This document shows, piece after piece, positions 38,749 through 48,082 of a stretch of DNA of 64,000 nucleotides. The stretch covers positions 333 to 64,332 of the forward strand of contig MWBO01000008.1 in assembly GCA_002071685.1 (NCBI GenBank), given 5' to 3'. The stretch comes from a candidate division WS2 bacterium ADurb.Bin280. Lineage in GTDB: Bacteria > Patescibacteriota > UBA1384 > DTJR01. The notes under the pieces are model-generated. The model made no database searches and was not told the DNA's origin. It saw only the letters and a program-made list of their open reading frames with translations. The position numbers and the translations under genes were made by a program. How positions within the stretch are numbered: the first letter of the stretch is position 1; every line of letters starts with the position of its first letter.

Positions 38749-41601
38749 GTGGATAAAATACTAGAGGGATTAAATAAACAACAGAAAGAGGCAGTGGCCC
38801 ATGGAAATGGGCCATGTCTTATAATTGCGGGTGCAGGTACCGGAAAAACAAAGGTAATCACCAGCCGAATCGCTTATATCATCGCGCAGAAATGGGCCAA
38901 GCCCTCGGAAATTCTTGCTCTTACTTTCACCGACAAGGCGGCTCAAGAAATGGAAGAAAGGGTTGATGTCTTGGTCCCGTACGGATTTATAGACACATGG
39001 ATTTCGACATTTAACGCGTTCGGAGACAGAATTATAAGAGATTACAGCATAGACCTAGGGTTGCCGGCAAATTTCAAAATACTCTCTTCGACGGAGCAAG
39101 CAATTTTTATGCGGGAGAATTTATTTTCTTTCGATCTAAAACACTATCGTCCAATAGCAAATCCCATTTCTCACATAAGAGAGCTTTTGACACACTTTTC
39201 AAGACTCAAAGACGAGCTTATAAGCGAAAATGAGTACCTTCAATTTGCAAAAAACAAAATGTCTCAAACCACTGATCGCGAAAGTATGGAATTTTTGCAA
39301 AATGAGAAAACACTTGAACTTGCAAATGCATACAAGAAATACAAAGAGCTGATGCTCGAGAACGGCTACCTAGATTATGGAGATCAAATTTATCTAGTTT
39401 ACAAACTTCTAAGCGAGAGACCTGATGTAGCCAAGCAAATAAGCGACAAATTTAAATTTGTTCTTGTTGATGAATTTCAAGATACAAACTACGCTCAATA
39501 TGAAATTGTCAAAAAAATAGCCAGAAGCAAAAACATCACAGTGGTCGGAGACGACGACCAGTCAATTTATCGTTTTCGAGGAGCTTCGATTTCAAACATC
39601 CTTTCTTTTAAAGATGATTTCCCGCAATGCAAGCAAATAGTATTGTTTGAAAACTACCGATCAACACAGGAAATACTCGATTGCTCATACCGGCTGATAC
39701 AGCACAACAATCCCGACAGACTGGAGGCAAAAAATAACATTTCAAAAAAACTTAAATCTACCAAAAATGGTCCCGAGCCAAAGCTTTTGCACTGCCAAAC
39801 CCTTTCCTGTGAAGCTGACATGGTCGCTGACGAGATTTTAAAATTAAAAAAAGAATTAAACCTACAAAATAAGGATTTTGCTATATTATCACGAGCAAAT
39901 AATCACCTAGAACCCTTCATCACCTCATTAAATCATAAAAAAATTGACAATGTATTCATTGGCTCCTCGTCTCTTTTCCAAACAGACGAGGTAAAAATGC
40001 TCATAGCGTTTCTCAAGTGCTTGGTATATTTTGAGGATAATTTAAGCTTCTACCAGCTTGCCACTAGCGAAATGTACAATATCGACGTCGAGCAATTAAC
40101 CCCTTATTACGCAAAAATTAAAAAAGAAAATAAAACATTTGAGGAAATTTTTGGTTTGGAAAGTCAAAACTTTACGACAAAAATTATCGAGGATCTTGGA
40201 TTCTATAGAAAAATGCTTTCAAGCAAAGGAACAGGGGAGATACTTTACGATTATTTAAAAAGAAGTAATTATCTAAAAAAACTAACTCAAAATACAAGCG
40301 CCAGCAATGAAAGCAAGGTTCAAAATATTGCGAAGTTTTTTGATAGAATAAGCCAATTTGACCGAACGAGTTCGAACAGTTCGGTTTTGTCTTTTCTATC
40401 AAATCTGGAACTGATAATGGAAGTAGGCGACGAGGTACTGACAAGCGATATCGATCCGGACATCGACGCCGTTTCGCTTATGAGCGTTCACGCCTCAAAG
40501 GGCTTGGAATGGCCGGTGGTTTTCGTCGTAAATATGGTTTCCGATAGATTTCCCTCAAGAGACAGAAAAGAAAAAATACCTATTCCCGATGAAATTATAA
40601 GAGAACGTCTCCCGAGCGGCGATTTCCACATACAAGAAGAAAGACGGCTTTTTTATGTGGCCATGACTAGAGCTAAAGATCGCTTATATTTCTCAAGCGC
40701 CCAAGACTACGGCGGAAAGAGAGCAAAGAAAATTTCTCCATTTGTATTAGAAGCTTTGGATAATCCAAATATAGACAACCAAAAGTACAAACTTACGAGC
40801 ATTGAAAAAATCGCTAGGCACTCTTTTGTGAAAAACAATAATCACAAAAAAGTACGCAAGGGCGACGGCATCATCAGACTGTCCCGTCAACAAATAGATG
40901 ATTACTATACTTGTCCTAAAAAATATTATTATTCGGCTGTTATTCAAATACCGCTTCCGGTCAACTGGCACTTCATGTACGGAAGCGCTATTCACGAAGC
41001 TATAGCGAGATATTACATAAGAAAAATGTCGGGTAAAAAACACACACTCGAGGATTTAATAAAGGATTTTAATCAGTGTTTCAAAAGCGAGGGCTTTATT
41101 ACCAGAGAACACGAGGAGCAGAGAAAAAACAAAGGAGAACAAACTCTAACAAAGTTTTTTCAAAAGGAACAAAAAAGCAAAACCCTACCATACAAGGTTG
41201 AAGACTCGTTTGAATTCTTTGAAGATGGTGTAAAAATAAGGGGCAGGTATGATCTTGTTTATAAACACGATCATACTTTTACAATTTGCGATTTCAAAAC
41301 TTCAGACGTCACCAACCAGAAAGATGCAGATACAAGAATCAAACAATCAACGCAAATGAAAATATACGCTCTGTCGTGGTTTGAAAAATATAAAGCAATT
41401 CCTCAAACTTCTTTGATCTTCATAGAATCCGACCTGCATTTGCAAATTACTTTTTCAAAAGACGATCTTGATAAAACAAAAGAGCTAATATTTGAAGTTG
41501 CGCAGGGCATAAAAAACGAAGATTACACCGCTAAACCCGACATCCGTCAATGCTCACTGTGCCCCTACAAAGAAATATGTAAAGATGCTAAGATAGGTTA
41601 G
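38749..41601 (+). CDS. UvrD/PcrA-family helicase fused to a C-terminal Cas4/AddB-type PD-(D/E)xK nuclease with a Cys cluster
   Basis: Walker A AGAGTGKT and UvrD motifs. The C-terminal domain is CPKKYYY...DLVYK...ICDFKTS...CSLCPYKEIC. Confidence 0.8.
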   Translation: MDKILEGLNKQQKEAVAHGNGPCLIIAGAGTGKTKVITSRIAYIIAQKWAKPSEILALTFTDKAAQEMEERVDVLVPYGFIDTWISTFNAFGDRIIRDYSIDLGLPANFKILSSTEQAIFMRENLFSFDLKHYRPIANPISHIRELLTHFSRLKDELISENEYLQFAKNKMSQTTDRESMEFLQNEKTLELANAYKKYKELMLENGYLDYGDQIYLVYKLLSERPDVAKQISDKFKFVLVDEFQDTNYAQYEIVKKIARSKNITVVGDDDQSIYRFRGASISNILSFKDDFPQCKQIVLFENYRSTQEILDCSYRLIQHNNPDRLEAKNNISKKLKSTKNGPEPKLLHCQTLSCEADMVADEILKLKKELNLQNKDFAILSRANNHLEPFITSLNHKKIDNVFIGSSSLFQTDEVKMLIAFLKCLVYFEDNLSFYQLATSEMYNIDVEQLTPYYAKIKKENKTFEEIFGLESQNFTTKIIEDLGFYRKMLSSKGTGEILYDYLKRSNYLKKLTQNTSASNESKVQNIAKFFDRISQFDRTSSNSSVLSFLSNLELIMEVGDEVLTSDIDPDIDAVSLMSVHASKGLEWPVVFVVNMVSDRFPSRDRKEKIPIPDEIIRERLPSGDFHIQEERRLFYVAMTRAKDRLYFSSAQDYGGKRAKKISPFVLEALDNPNIDNQKYKLTSIEKIARHSFVKNNNHKKVRKGDGIIRLSRQQIDDYYTCPKKYYYSAVIQIPLPVNWHFMYGSAIHEAIARYYIRKMSGKKHTLEDLIKDFNQCFKSEGFITREHEEQRKNKGEQTLTKFFQKEQKSKTLPYKVEDSFEFFEDGVKIRGRYDLVYKHDHTFTICDFKTSDVTNQKDADTRIKQSTQMKIYALSWFEKYKAIPQTSLIFIESDLHLQITFSKDDLDKTKELIFEVAQGIKNEDYTAKPDIRQCSLCPYKEICKDAKIG

Positions 41602-41614
41602 CCAAGGAAACAAC

Positions 41615-42763
41615 ATGGACAATACGATAATCTACATCGCCATAACATCATTTGTTGCAGCAATTGCAGGAATTTTGTTATCAAATTTCTTCGTCAAAAG
41701 AGCACAAAAAAACGGTAGCATTGACGACGAGCTTTTGGAAAACAAAATCTCCAGAATTTCATCCGAAGCACTGGATAAAAATTCCCAGAGATTTTTATTG
41801 ATGGCAAAAGAAATTCTAAACAGTCAAAAAACAGAAATAAAAACCGACCTTGAAGGAAAAAAATCCGCCATCAACGAGTTAATTGCCGAAATAAGAAGAG
41901 ACATCAGAAAAAATGAGGAGAGACTGTCACGCTCCGACGAAGAGAGAGTCAGATCCTTCACCGCACTGCAAAACGAGCTCGAAAGCTACAAAAAAATCAC
42001 CGGAGAGCTCAAAATCTCTGCAGACAAACTGAAGAATTTGCTGGCAAACAATCAGTGGCGAGGAGCGTTTGGAGAGCAAATAGCCGAGAACCTTTTAAAA
42101 ATGGCCGGATTTGTAATAGGCACGGACTACACGCGAAACGAAAAACAGACCACCGAGAACACCCGCCCCGACTTCACAATATTTTTACCTGATCAAACTA
42201 AGATAAACGTTGATGTTAAATTTCCCTACGCCTCTCTCGTCAGAACTATCGAGTCGGAAAACGCAGATGAAAAGAAGAAGCATTTCCAAACCTTCAAGCA
42301 AGATGTAAAAAACAAGATCAAGCAAGTTTGTACAAGAGAATACATTAACCCATCAGAGAAAACGGTCGACTTCGTAATCCTTTTCATCCCCAACGAAATG
42401 ATTTTTAGCTACATTTACGACTCTATGAATGATGTCTGGGAAGAGGCAATGAGAAAAAAAGTTGTTTTAGCCGGCCCATTTAGCTTCACGGCAATCCTAA
42501 GAATGATTAAGCAAGCATACTCAAATTTCAGATACCAGGAGAACCTCCAGCACATCATCACTCTCATCCAAAAGTTTGACAATGAGTATGAAAAATTTTC
42601 CCAAGAATTTGATAAATTGGGAGAAAGAATCAACTCGACAAGCCGACAATACGAATCAGTTGCGACGACTAGAAATCGCCAATTAACGTCCGTTGTGGAT
42701 AAAATAAAGTCACAAAACATTTCGGACAGCAGCTCTATAGAAGATATTAAAGAGCTGGCCTAA
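41615..42763 (+). CDS. rmuC: DNA recombination protein RmuC
   Basis: N-terminal TM/coiled-coil followed by an RmuC nuclease-like C-terminal domain. Confidence 0.75.
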   Translation: MDNTIIYIAITSFVAAIAGILLSNFFVKRAQKNGSIDDELLENKISRISSEALDKNSQRFLLMAKEILNSQKTEIKTDLEGKKSAINELIAEIRRDIRKNEERLSRSDEERVRSFTALQNELESYKKITGELKISADKLKNLLANNQWRGAFGEQIAENLLKMAGFVIGTDYTRNEKQTTENTRPDFTIFLPDQTKINVDVKFPYASLVRTIESENADEKKKHFQTFKQDVKNKIKQVCTREYINPSEKTVDFVILFIPNEMIFSYIYDSMNDVWEEAMRKKVVLAGPFSFTAILRMIKQAYSNFRYQENLQHIITLIQKFDNEYEKFSQEFDKLGERINSTSRQYESVATTRNRQLTSVVDKIKSQNISDSSSIEDIKELA

Positions 42764-42766
42764 TAA

Positions 42767-43501
42767 ATGGAAATAAAAAAACTCTACGAAGAAGACGACC
42801 TTTTGGTAATTTCAAAACCGATTGGAATTGCTGCTCACAAAGGAGCGGACAAAGTTTCTTTTACAGTTTCAGACTGGCTTGTTGATGAGTATGAGCAAAT
42901 AAAAAAACTTAACTGGCAAACCAAAAATCGCATCGGCATAGTTCATCGATTAGACAAAGATACATCCGGAGTAATGATTCTTGCCAAAAAACCCGACATG
43001 ATCAAAATTCTCCAAGATCAGTTTCGCCAAAGAGAAGTCGAAAAACACTACCTGACTTTGGTTTATGGAAAAATGCCCTTTGAAAAAGGATCGATCAGCG
43101 CCCAAATTTATACAAATCCGAAAAATCGAAAAGGACAAAAGGTAGAGCTGATAGACTTTGGAATCTACAACTTCAAGAGAAGATTTTCAGCAACAGAATA
43201 TCAAGAAATTAAAGTTTATAAATACAAGAAGGAACTATTGAGTTTGCTTGAAATAAATTTGAAAACCGGAAGAAAGCACCAAATTAGAGCACATATGAAG
43301 TTTGAAAATCGGCCCGTCATCGGTGACCAAATGTATTTCAACAAACCTTCAAAAAGACTTTCCAAGGAGCTTCAAATTCAAAGACAGTTTCTACATTCCT
43401 GTTATATAAAATTTAAGAATCGAAAGGGCGAGGAAATGGTTGTAAGGGACGAGCTAAGAGACGATTTGCAAGAAGTGCTGCAAAAACTGGAGGAGGTGTA
43501 A
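42767..43501 (+). CDS. RluA-family pseudouridine synthase
   Basis: HRLDKDTSGVMILAK catalytic Asp motif. Confidence 0.8.
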   Translation: MEIKKLYEEDDLLVISKPIGIAAHKGADKVSFTVSDWLVDEYEQIKKLNWQTKNRIGIVHRLDKDTSGVMILAKKPDMIKILQDQFRQREVEKHYLTLVYGKMPFEKGSISAQIYTNPKNRKGQKVELIDFGIYNFKRRFSATEYQEIKVYKYKKELLSLLEINLKTGRKHQIRAHMKFENRPVIGDQMYFNKPSKRLSKELQIQRQFLHSCYIKFKNRKGEEMVVRDELRDDLQEVLQKLEEV

Positions 43502-44229
43502 TGGATTGGTTTGAAAAAATTAAAAAACCGATCATCGCTCTTGCGCCGATGCACGGATATACCTACAGCGAGTTTAGACAAAAATGTGCCAAGGCGGGCG
43601 CTGATGCCGTCTACAGTGAGATGGTCGCAAGTGAAGCGATTATTCGCGACGTCCCACAAGCAATGGAGATGCTCGGATTTGAACAAAACGAAAGACCGGT
43701 GATTTTGCAAATTTTTGGATCAAATAGCGAGGTCATGGCAAAAGCGGCACAAATTATCGAGGAGAGATTTTCTCCGGATGGAATTGACATTAATTTCGGC
43801 TGTCCAGTACAGAAGGCGGCAAAGCAAGGATTTGGATCTTGCCAGCTAGCTGATGATAGCGAAGCGGCAAAAATAGTCAAAGCTGTTTGTAGCGCCACCA
43901 GTATTGCTGTCAGCGTGAAAATGCGCTTGGTCAGTTTTGATGCTAACGAAAACATTGATTTCATAAAAAAAATGCACCAAGCTGGGGCAAGATTATTTTC
44001 AGTTCACGGCAGAATAAGAACACAGAAATATCGCGGTCACGCCGATTGGAATTTGCTTAGAAAAATAAAACAGGGTTGTGGCGACATCCCAATTCTAGGA
44101 AGCGGAGATGTCGATAGTTTGCAGTTTTTGAAAGATAATCTTGGCAATTTAGATGGGGCATTAGTTGGTCGCGCTGCCAAACGCGATCCGGAAATATTCG
44201 GAGAGCTGGTAAAAATAAAAAACGATTAG
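43501..44229 (+). CDS. tRNA-dihydrouridine synthase (Dus family, short)
   Basis: LAPMHGYT, DINFGCPVQK and FMN-binding TIM-barrel motifs. Confidence 0.7.
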   Translation: MDWFEKIKKPIIALAPMHGYTYSEFRQKCAKAGADAVYSEMVASEAIIRDVPQAMEMLGFEQNERPVILQIFGSNSEVMAKAAQIIEERFSPDGIDINFGCPVQKAAKQGFGSCQLADDSEAAKIVKAVCSATSIAVSVKMRLVSFDANENIDFIKKMHQAGARLFSVHGRIRTQKYRGHADWNLLRKIKQGCGDIPILGSGDVDSLQFLKDNLGNLDGALVGRAAKRDPEIFGELVKIKND

Positions 44230-44245
44230 GCAATTGAGCAGTTTA
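44220..44245. repeat. decayed copy of the TAAACGGCTCA hairpin element (AAACGATTAG-GCAAT-TGAGCAGTTTA)
   Basis: The 3' arm and loop closely match copy 3 (CAATTGAGCCGTTTA), but the 5' arm has diverged. Confidence 0.4.
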
Positions 44246-44250
44246 AAAAT

Positions 44251-44329
44251 TATGAATGCAGAATGTAGAATTTTGAATCTAGCAAATTCAGAATTAAGAG
44301 TGCAGAATTAACAGTGATAAATTACGAAA
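44251..44329. repeat. tandem array of ~11 heptamers, consensus NNNGAAT (tatGAAT gcaGAAT gtaGAAT tttGAAT ... gcaGAAT ...)
   Basis: Strict 7-bp phasing of the GAAT cores, read directly from the sequence. A related array lies at 56645-56705. Confidence 0.5.
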
Positions 44330-44430
44330 AAAGATGATGTGCTAAATTCAAATTCCAAATTCCTAACTAATTAAAAATAAGCAAGGGCGCCGATTCCGGT
44401 GAAGGAACCGACGCCCCTGTGTCGGCAGTG

Positions 44431-45309
44431 TTAGAAGGCGGGCCCGGACGGGGGCCTTCTGACCACCTCCTCGTGCCCATCGTCGTAGACGACGGTGAAG
44501 AGAATCGGGGAGCTCGGCTCCCCATCAACGATCCGAACGACCCGAGGGCCGTCGGACCGAATGAAGACGATGGGAAACAACTTACCGGCGACATCCCCCA
44601 TCAGGATGGCGCTGTCGCCGGAGCGCAACTCCTCGGTCGGGAGGATCTCGATGCGCCGAGCACCCTCTCCGACCGTGTTGACACGCACGCCCATGGGGAC
44701 GTCCCAGAGAACGGGGACGTCAGGTGACCCGGGCCAACCGGGGTACCCCGTAGCGCCGTGGTCGATCCACGACACGTTAAGGACCACCGGCGCCGCGCTT
44801 GACAGTCGGGTGTCGGCGTAGAAGCCGTCACCCGAGCGGGTGGCGCCTTGGACGAAGATCTCCAGCTTGTCAGGCTGGATCCTCGTCGTGATGACGTGGG
44901 CCGACCAGACCGTCTGGTCGGCAACCTCGGCATAGACGTTGCACTGCCACGAGGACAGTGCAGTCAGACGCCACCGCCCGGGCGACAAGCGCTCAAGCGA
45001 GAGCGCTTCCGCCGGAACGGCGAAGAGCGTGACCGGCCGGCTGGGAAGGTCCCCGCGGACCTCCCAGATCTGCTGGCCGATCACCTCTACATCCCCATCC
45101 GGCTGAGCCGGAATGGGGTGCGAAACGACAACGTCGTCCGGCACCGTCGCGGGGGTGAACCCTTCGCCGGAACAACCGGCGAGGATAACGACCAGCATGA
45201 CGGCCAAGGCCGCCGAAAACAACTTTTTCAATGTACTTCCTCCCTTCGAAGACGAATCTCCGAGGTTCGATTTCCGACGCGAATAGCGCCATGAGGAAAT
45301 CGTAACCAA
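44431..45309 (-). CDS. lipoprotein (292 aa) encoded by a high-GC (~65%) island
   Basis: Lipobox LAGCSG after a hydrophobic signal. The GC jump coincides exactly with the gene boundaries (44381-45310). The other long ORFs here, on both strands, are typical high-GC shadows. Confidence 0.55.
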   Translation of the reverse strand: MVTISSWRYSRRKSNLGDSSSKGGSTLKKLFSAALAVMLVVILAGCSGEGFTPATVPDDVVVSHPIPAQPDGDVEVIGQQIWEVRGDLPSRPVTLFAVPAEALSLERLSPGRWRLTALSSWQCNVYAEVADQTVWSAHVITTRIQPDKLEIFVQGATRSGDGFYADTRLSSAAPVVLNVSWIDHGATGYPGWPGSPDVPVLWDVPMGVRVNTVGEGARRIEILPTEELRSGDSAILMGDVAGKLFPIVFIRSDGPRVVRIVDGEPSSPILFTVVYDDGHEEVVRRPPSGPAF

Positions 45310-45384
45310 GTACTATAGCACAAAATTGCCAAAAAGTCAAGATCACCAGCGCTTTTAAAAAAGCGACATAAACTGCAAAAAAAA

Positions 45385-45412
45385 TAAACGGCTCAATCAA
45401 ATGAGCCGTTTA
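45385..45412. terminator. palindromic hairpin element, copy 2 (TAAACGGCTCA-ATCAAA-TGAGCCGTTTA); terminator for the minus-strand ATPase-ferredoxin operon
   Basis: On the minus strand the hairpin is followed by TTTATTTTTTTT. Copy 2 is nearly identical to copy 1 over ~38 nt. Confidence 0.65.
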
Positions 45413-45430
45413 TCTTCTGTTAAATTTAAA

Positions 45431-45610
45431 TTATTTCTCTATCTGTATCGCCTCTACCGGACAAGATTGAGCAACTTCTTCAAGGTTGCAATCGTCACAT
45501 TCTTGTTTTTTGACCTTGCTAATACCGTCAACCACCTCAAAACATTGCTCGCAAAGCGCCGCACAAGTACCGCAACCTATGCACCTCACCTCATCGACTG
45601 TAATTTTCAT
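45431..45610 (-). CDS. small 4Fe-4S ferredoxin (59 aa)
   Basis: Not in the ORF track. SD GGAGAG lies 5 nt before the ATG. Translation MKITVDEVRCIGCGTCAALCEQCFEVVDGISKVKKQECDDCNLEEVAQSCPVEAIQIEK carries CxxCxxC...CP. Confidence 0.7.
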   Translation of the reverse strand: MKITVDEVRCIGCGTCAALCEQCFEVVDGISKVKKQECDDCNLEEVAQSCPVEAIQIEK

Positions 45611-45636
45611 ATCTCTCCTCTGGAATTACTATTATT

Positions 45637-47901
45637 TTAAAGAATTGGAGCGGAAAAATTTTCTTCCTTGAGCTTTTCAAGGACTTCCATTTCTTTTGAT
45701 TTTTCTTTCTTGATCTCACCCTCCGCCTGCGTCTTGGACTGACAGTAATTTTCTCTAGAGTAGGCAATGATCTGTTCCTTAAAATTGAACGTCGGCTCTG
45801 GAATCGAAATTGTTTTGCCTGAAAATGCCTCTTTTACCTCATCATCTATCGATAACTTCAAGTATATTTCCCGAACGCCAAGATTGACGATATCGTTTGC
45901 GCCAAAGCGAGGAGAAAATTCTTTTTCGAGCAAGGCGGCATCCTCCGGACCTACCCTGAAAGCGATAATTGATCCGACATTTCCAAACACAGTGTTTCGA
46001 ATGGTGTCGCTAATTTGCGAAACGTACTGGTGAGCCAAGGACAGACTCAGTTTATACTTTCTGGCCTCCGACAAAATATTGGCAAAAGTATCTGTGGCAA
46101 AGTTTTGAAACTCGTCAACGTAGAGATAAAAAGGAACACGTTGACTTTCGGGCACCTCGGAGCGCGCCAAAGCACTTTGATAAATTTTGGTAATAATCAT
46201 CGCACCCAGAAGTGACGTATTCTCTTCTCCCAGAATTCCCTTGGGTAATTTAACCAGCAGAATTTTTTTATTATCCATCACATCCTGAACAGAAAAAGTG
46301 TTCTCTTCCTGTCCGACAATATTTCTAATAATTGTATTTGATACGAACTGACCAATTTTGTTCAAAATGGGCATGATCGCTTCACTATCAAATTTCTCGC
46401 TCCATCCGGCAAATTCATTGGTCCAGAAATTTTTAACTACCTGATCTTCGATAGATTTAATCGTGTCTTGCCTATATTCACGGTCGGTCAAAAGAAGCAA
46501 TATCGAGAGAACCGACGCCTTGGGAGCATCAAGAAGCGCTAAAATCGTCATTCTCATAACGTGCTCCAGTCGAGGAGTCCAGTTGGCGCCAAAGGCCTTT
46601 TTGAAGGTTTCTATAAGTCCGGTAGCAACTTGCTGACGATAAATCTTTTCCACTTTTTCAATCGGGTTAAACGAGATGGGATACTCTTCGTCAATCGGAT
46701 TGAAATAAATAACGCCTTTGACCCTCGATTCCGGAATGTAGGGAATGATGTTTTCCACCAAATCGCCGTGCGGATCTATTACACAGATACCGTGGCCGTT
46801 TTCGATGTCATTTTTGATGAGTAATTCTTGAAGTTTGGACTTTCCCGAACCTGATTTACCGATAGTGTACATGTGTCTAGCTCTGTCTCTCCTTTTTATT
46901 CCAAATACTTCTCTGATATTGCGATAGTTGGTGGTGGCAAAGGGACAAAGCTCTTCAGGCGAAGTATTGTCAACCGTTGGTAAGCCCAGAGGCGGTTCAG
47001 CTTTTGGAGAGAGAACTTTGTATAGGTTGGGTACCGAATCTGTATCTGTTGGAAAATGAAAAATTGTCGAAAGCTCGTCCGAGGAGAGATACATGGCGTT
47101 TTTTGAAAAACTAAGAGCTTTGACTTTCTGCAAACTCTCTTCGGTCAATTCGCTTACCGGATACTTGAATTCGTTATATTCGCTTTCCAGTTTATTGAAA
47201 ACTTGCGCTATCGGAGCAAGCTTTGCCTGCGCCGAAACATGACTGTCGCTATAGAGGATCATGTCAAGCTCGACTTGGTAGAGAAATTGTTTGTTTTTTT
47301 CGACAGCAGCGCCGACCGCTCTCGACCTCGTCTCTCCGGAAAGTTTTTTGTTAAAGATGTTTTCGACGACATTTAATCTCTGGCTTAAATTTTTATAGGC
47401 CAGATTGACCGATCTTTTTACCGAAAAAATTGCCTGATTGAAGTCAACAGGGGACACTTTTACTTGCAATACAAAACTGTCATAAGCCGTCAATCTATTG
47501 AGCTGATTATAAATATCCGCCAAGAAAGATCCTTCCATCTGATGAAAGACCAAGAAGGGGAATTGATCGCCATACTTGAGCTTGAGATTTGTATGGGCGG
47601 CATTTTCCACTTTGCCGAAGCTTATCTCCTTGGAAACCGTCTCTATTTCTATCTTGGGAAAAAGAGAATATAGCTGGTTTTCAAAGATACTGGCATAGCC
47701 CTCGCCGATCCTCGCTCCATAAAAAATCCTTTTTCCAATAACGTTAAGAGTAAAACAGAAGGGAACATTGGTCAGAATCTTATTGGAAGTTTTGATAAAT
47801 TCATAAAAGGTACCAATGTCAAACTTGGTATTCTGAGGAAGTTTGATGATGTATTCTCTGCTTTCGAAAAAGTCGTCCATAAATCCTTTATAATTTATCA
47901 T
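45637..47901 (-). CDS. P-loop ATPase of the HerA/FtsK/VirB4/TrwB superfamily with a ~330-aa N-terminal domain of unknown function
   Basis: Walker A GKSGSGKS, then VIDPHGDL, Walker B YLYVDEFQNF, and an AHQY/arginine-finger region. It is a paralog of 61826..>64000. Confidence 0.8.
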   Translation of the reverse strand: MINYKGFMDDFFESREYIIKLPQNTKFDIGTFYEFIKTSNKILTNVPFCFTLNVIGKRIFYGARIGEGYASIFENQLYSLFPKIEIETVSKEISFGKVENAAHTNLKLKYGDQFPFLVFHQMEGSFLADIYNQLNRLTAYDSFVLQVKVSPVDFNQAIFSVKRSVNLAYKNLSQRLNVVENIFNKKLSGETRSRAVGAAVEKNKQFLYQVELDMILYSDSHVSAQAKLAPIAQVFNKLESEYNEFKYPVSELTEESLQKVKALSFSKNAMYLSSDELSTIFHFPTDTDSVPNLYKVLSPKAEPPLGLPTVDNTSPEELCPFATTNYRNIREVFGIKRRDRARHMYTIGKSGSGKSKLQELLIKNDIENGHGICVIDPHGDLVENIIPYIPESRVKGVIYFNPIDEEYPISFNPIEKVEKIYRQQVATGLIETFKKAFGANWTPRLEHVMRMTILALLDAPKASVLSILLLLTDREYRQDTIKSIEDQVVKNFWTNEFAGWSEKFDSEAIMPILNKIGQFVSNTIIRNIVGQEENTFSVQDVMDNKKILLVKLPKGILGEENTSLLGAMIITKIYQSALARSEVPESQRVPFYLYVDEFQNFATDTFANILSEARKYKLSLSLAHQYVSQISDTIRNTVFGNVGSIIAFRVGPEDAALLEKEFSPRFGANDIVNLGVREIYLKLSIDDEVKEAFSGKTISIPEPTFNFKEQIIAYSRENYCQSKTQAEGEIKKEKSKEMEVLEKLKEENFSAPIL

Positions 47902-47971
47902 TTTTAGATAAACAAAACAATCAACCTTGACATAACCAGGGCCCCTGATATTTTTAAATTAAAGGAGGGGA

Positions 47972-48082
47972 ATGGCAAGCGAAATAAAAAACACCGGATT
48001 GCTATCGGCAATAGTTTTTGCCATTATAGTGATCATTTTGCTCATAATAGGACTTTTCACCCCATGGTTTCCGCAAATATAA
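47972..48082 (+). CDS. small hydrophobic peptide (36 aa, single TM)
   Basis: Not in the ORF track. SD AAAGGAGGGG lies 2 nt before the ATG. Translation MASEIKNTGLLSAIVFAIIVIILLIIGLFTPWFPQI. Divergent from the ATPase operon. Confidence 0.4.
   Translation: MASEIKNTGLLSAIVFAIIVIILLIIGLFTPWFPQI

Noticed and set aside
44419-45400. Five overlapping 100-150-aa ORFs on both strands in GC island 3
   Set aside because: High-GC sequence is depleted in stop codons. Only the 292-aa minus-strand ORF has a signal peptide with a lipobox and boundaries matching the island.
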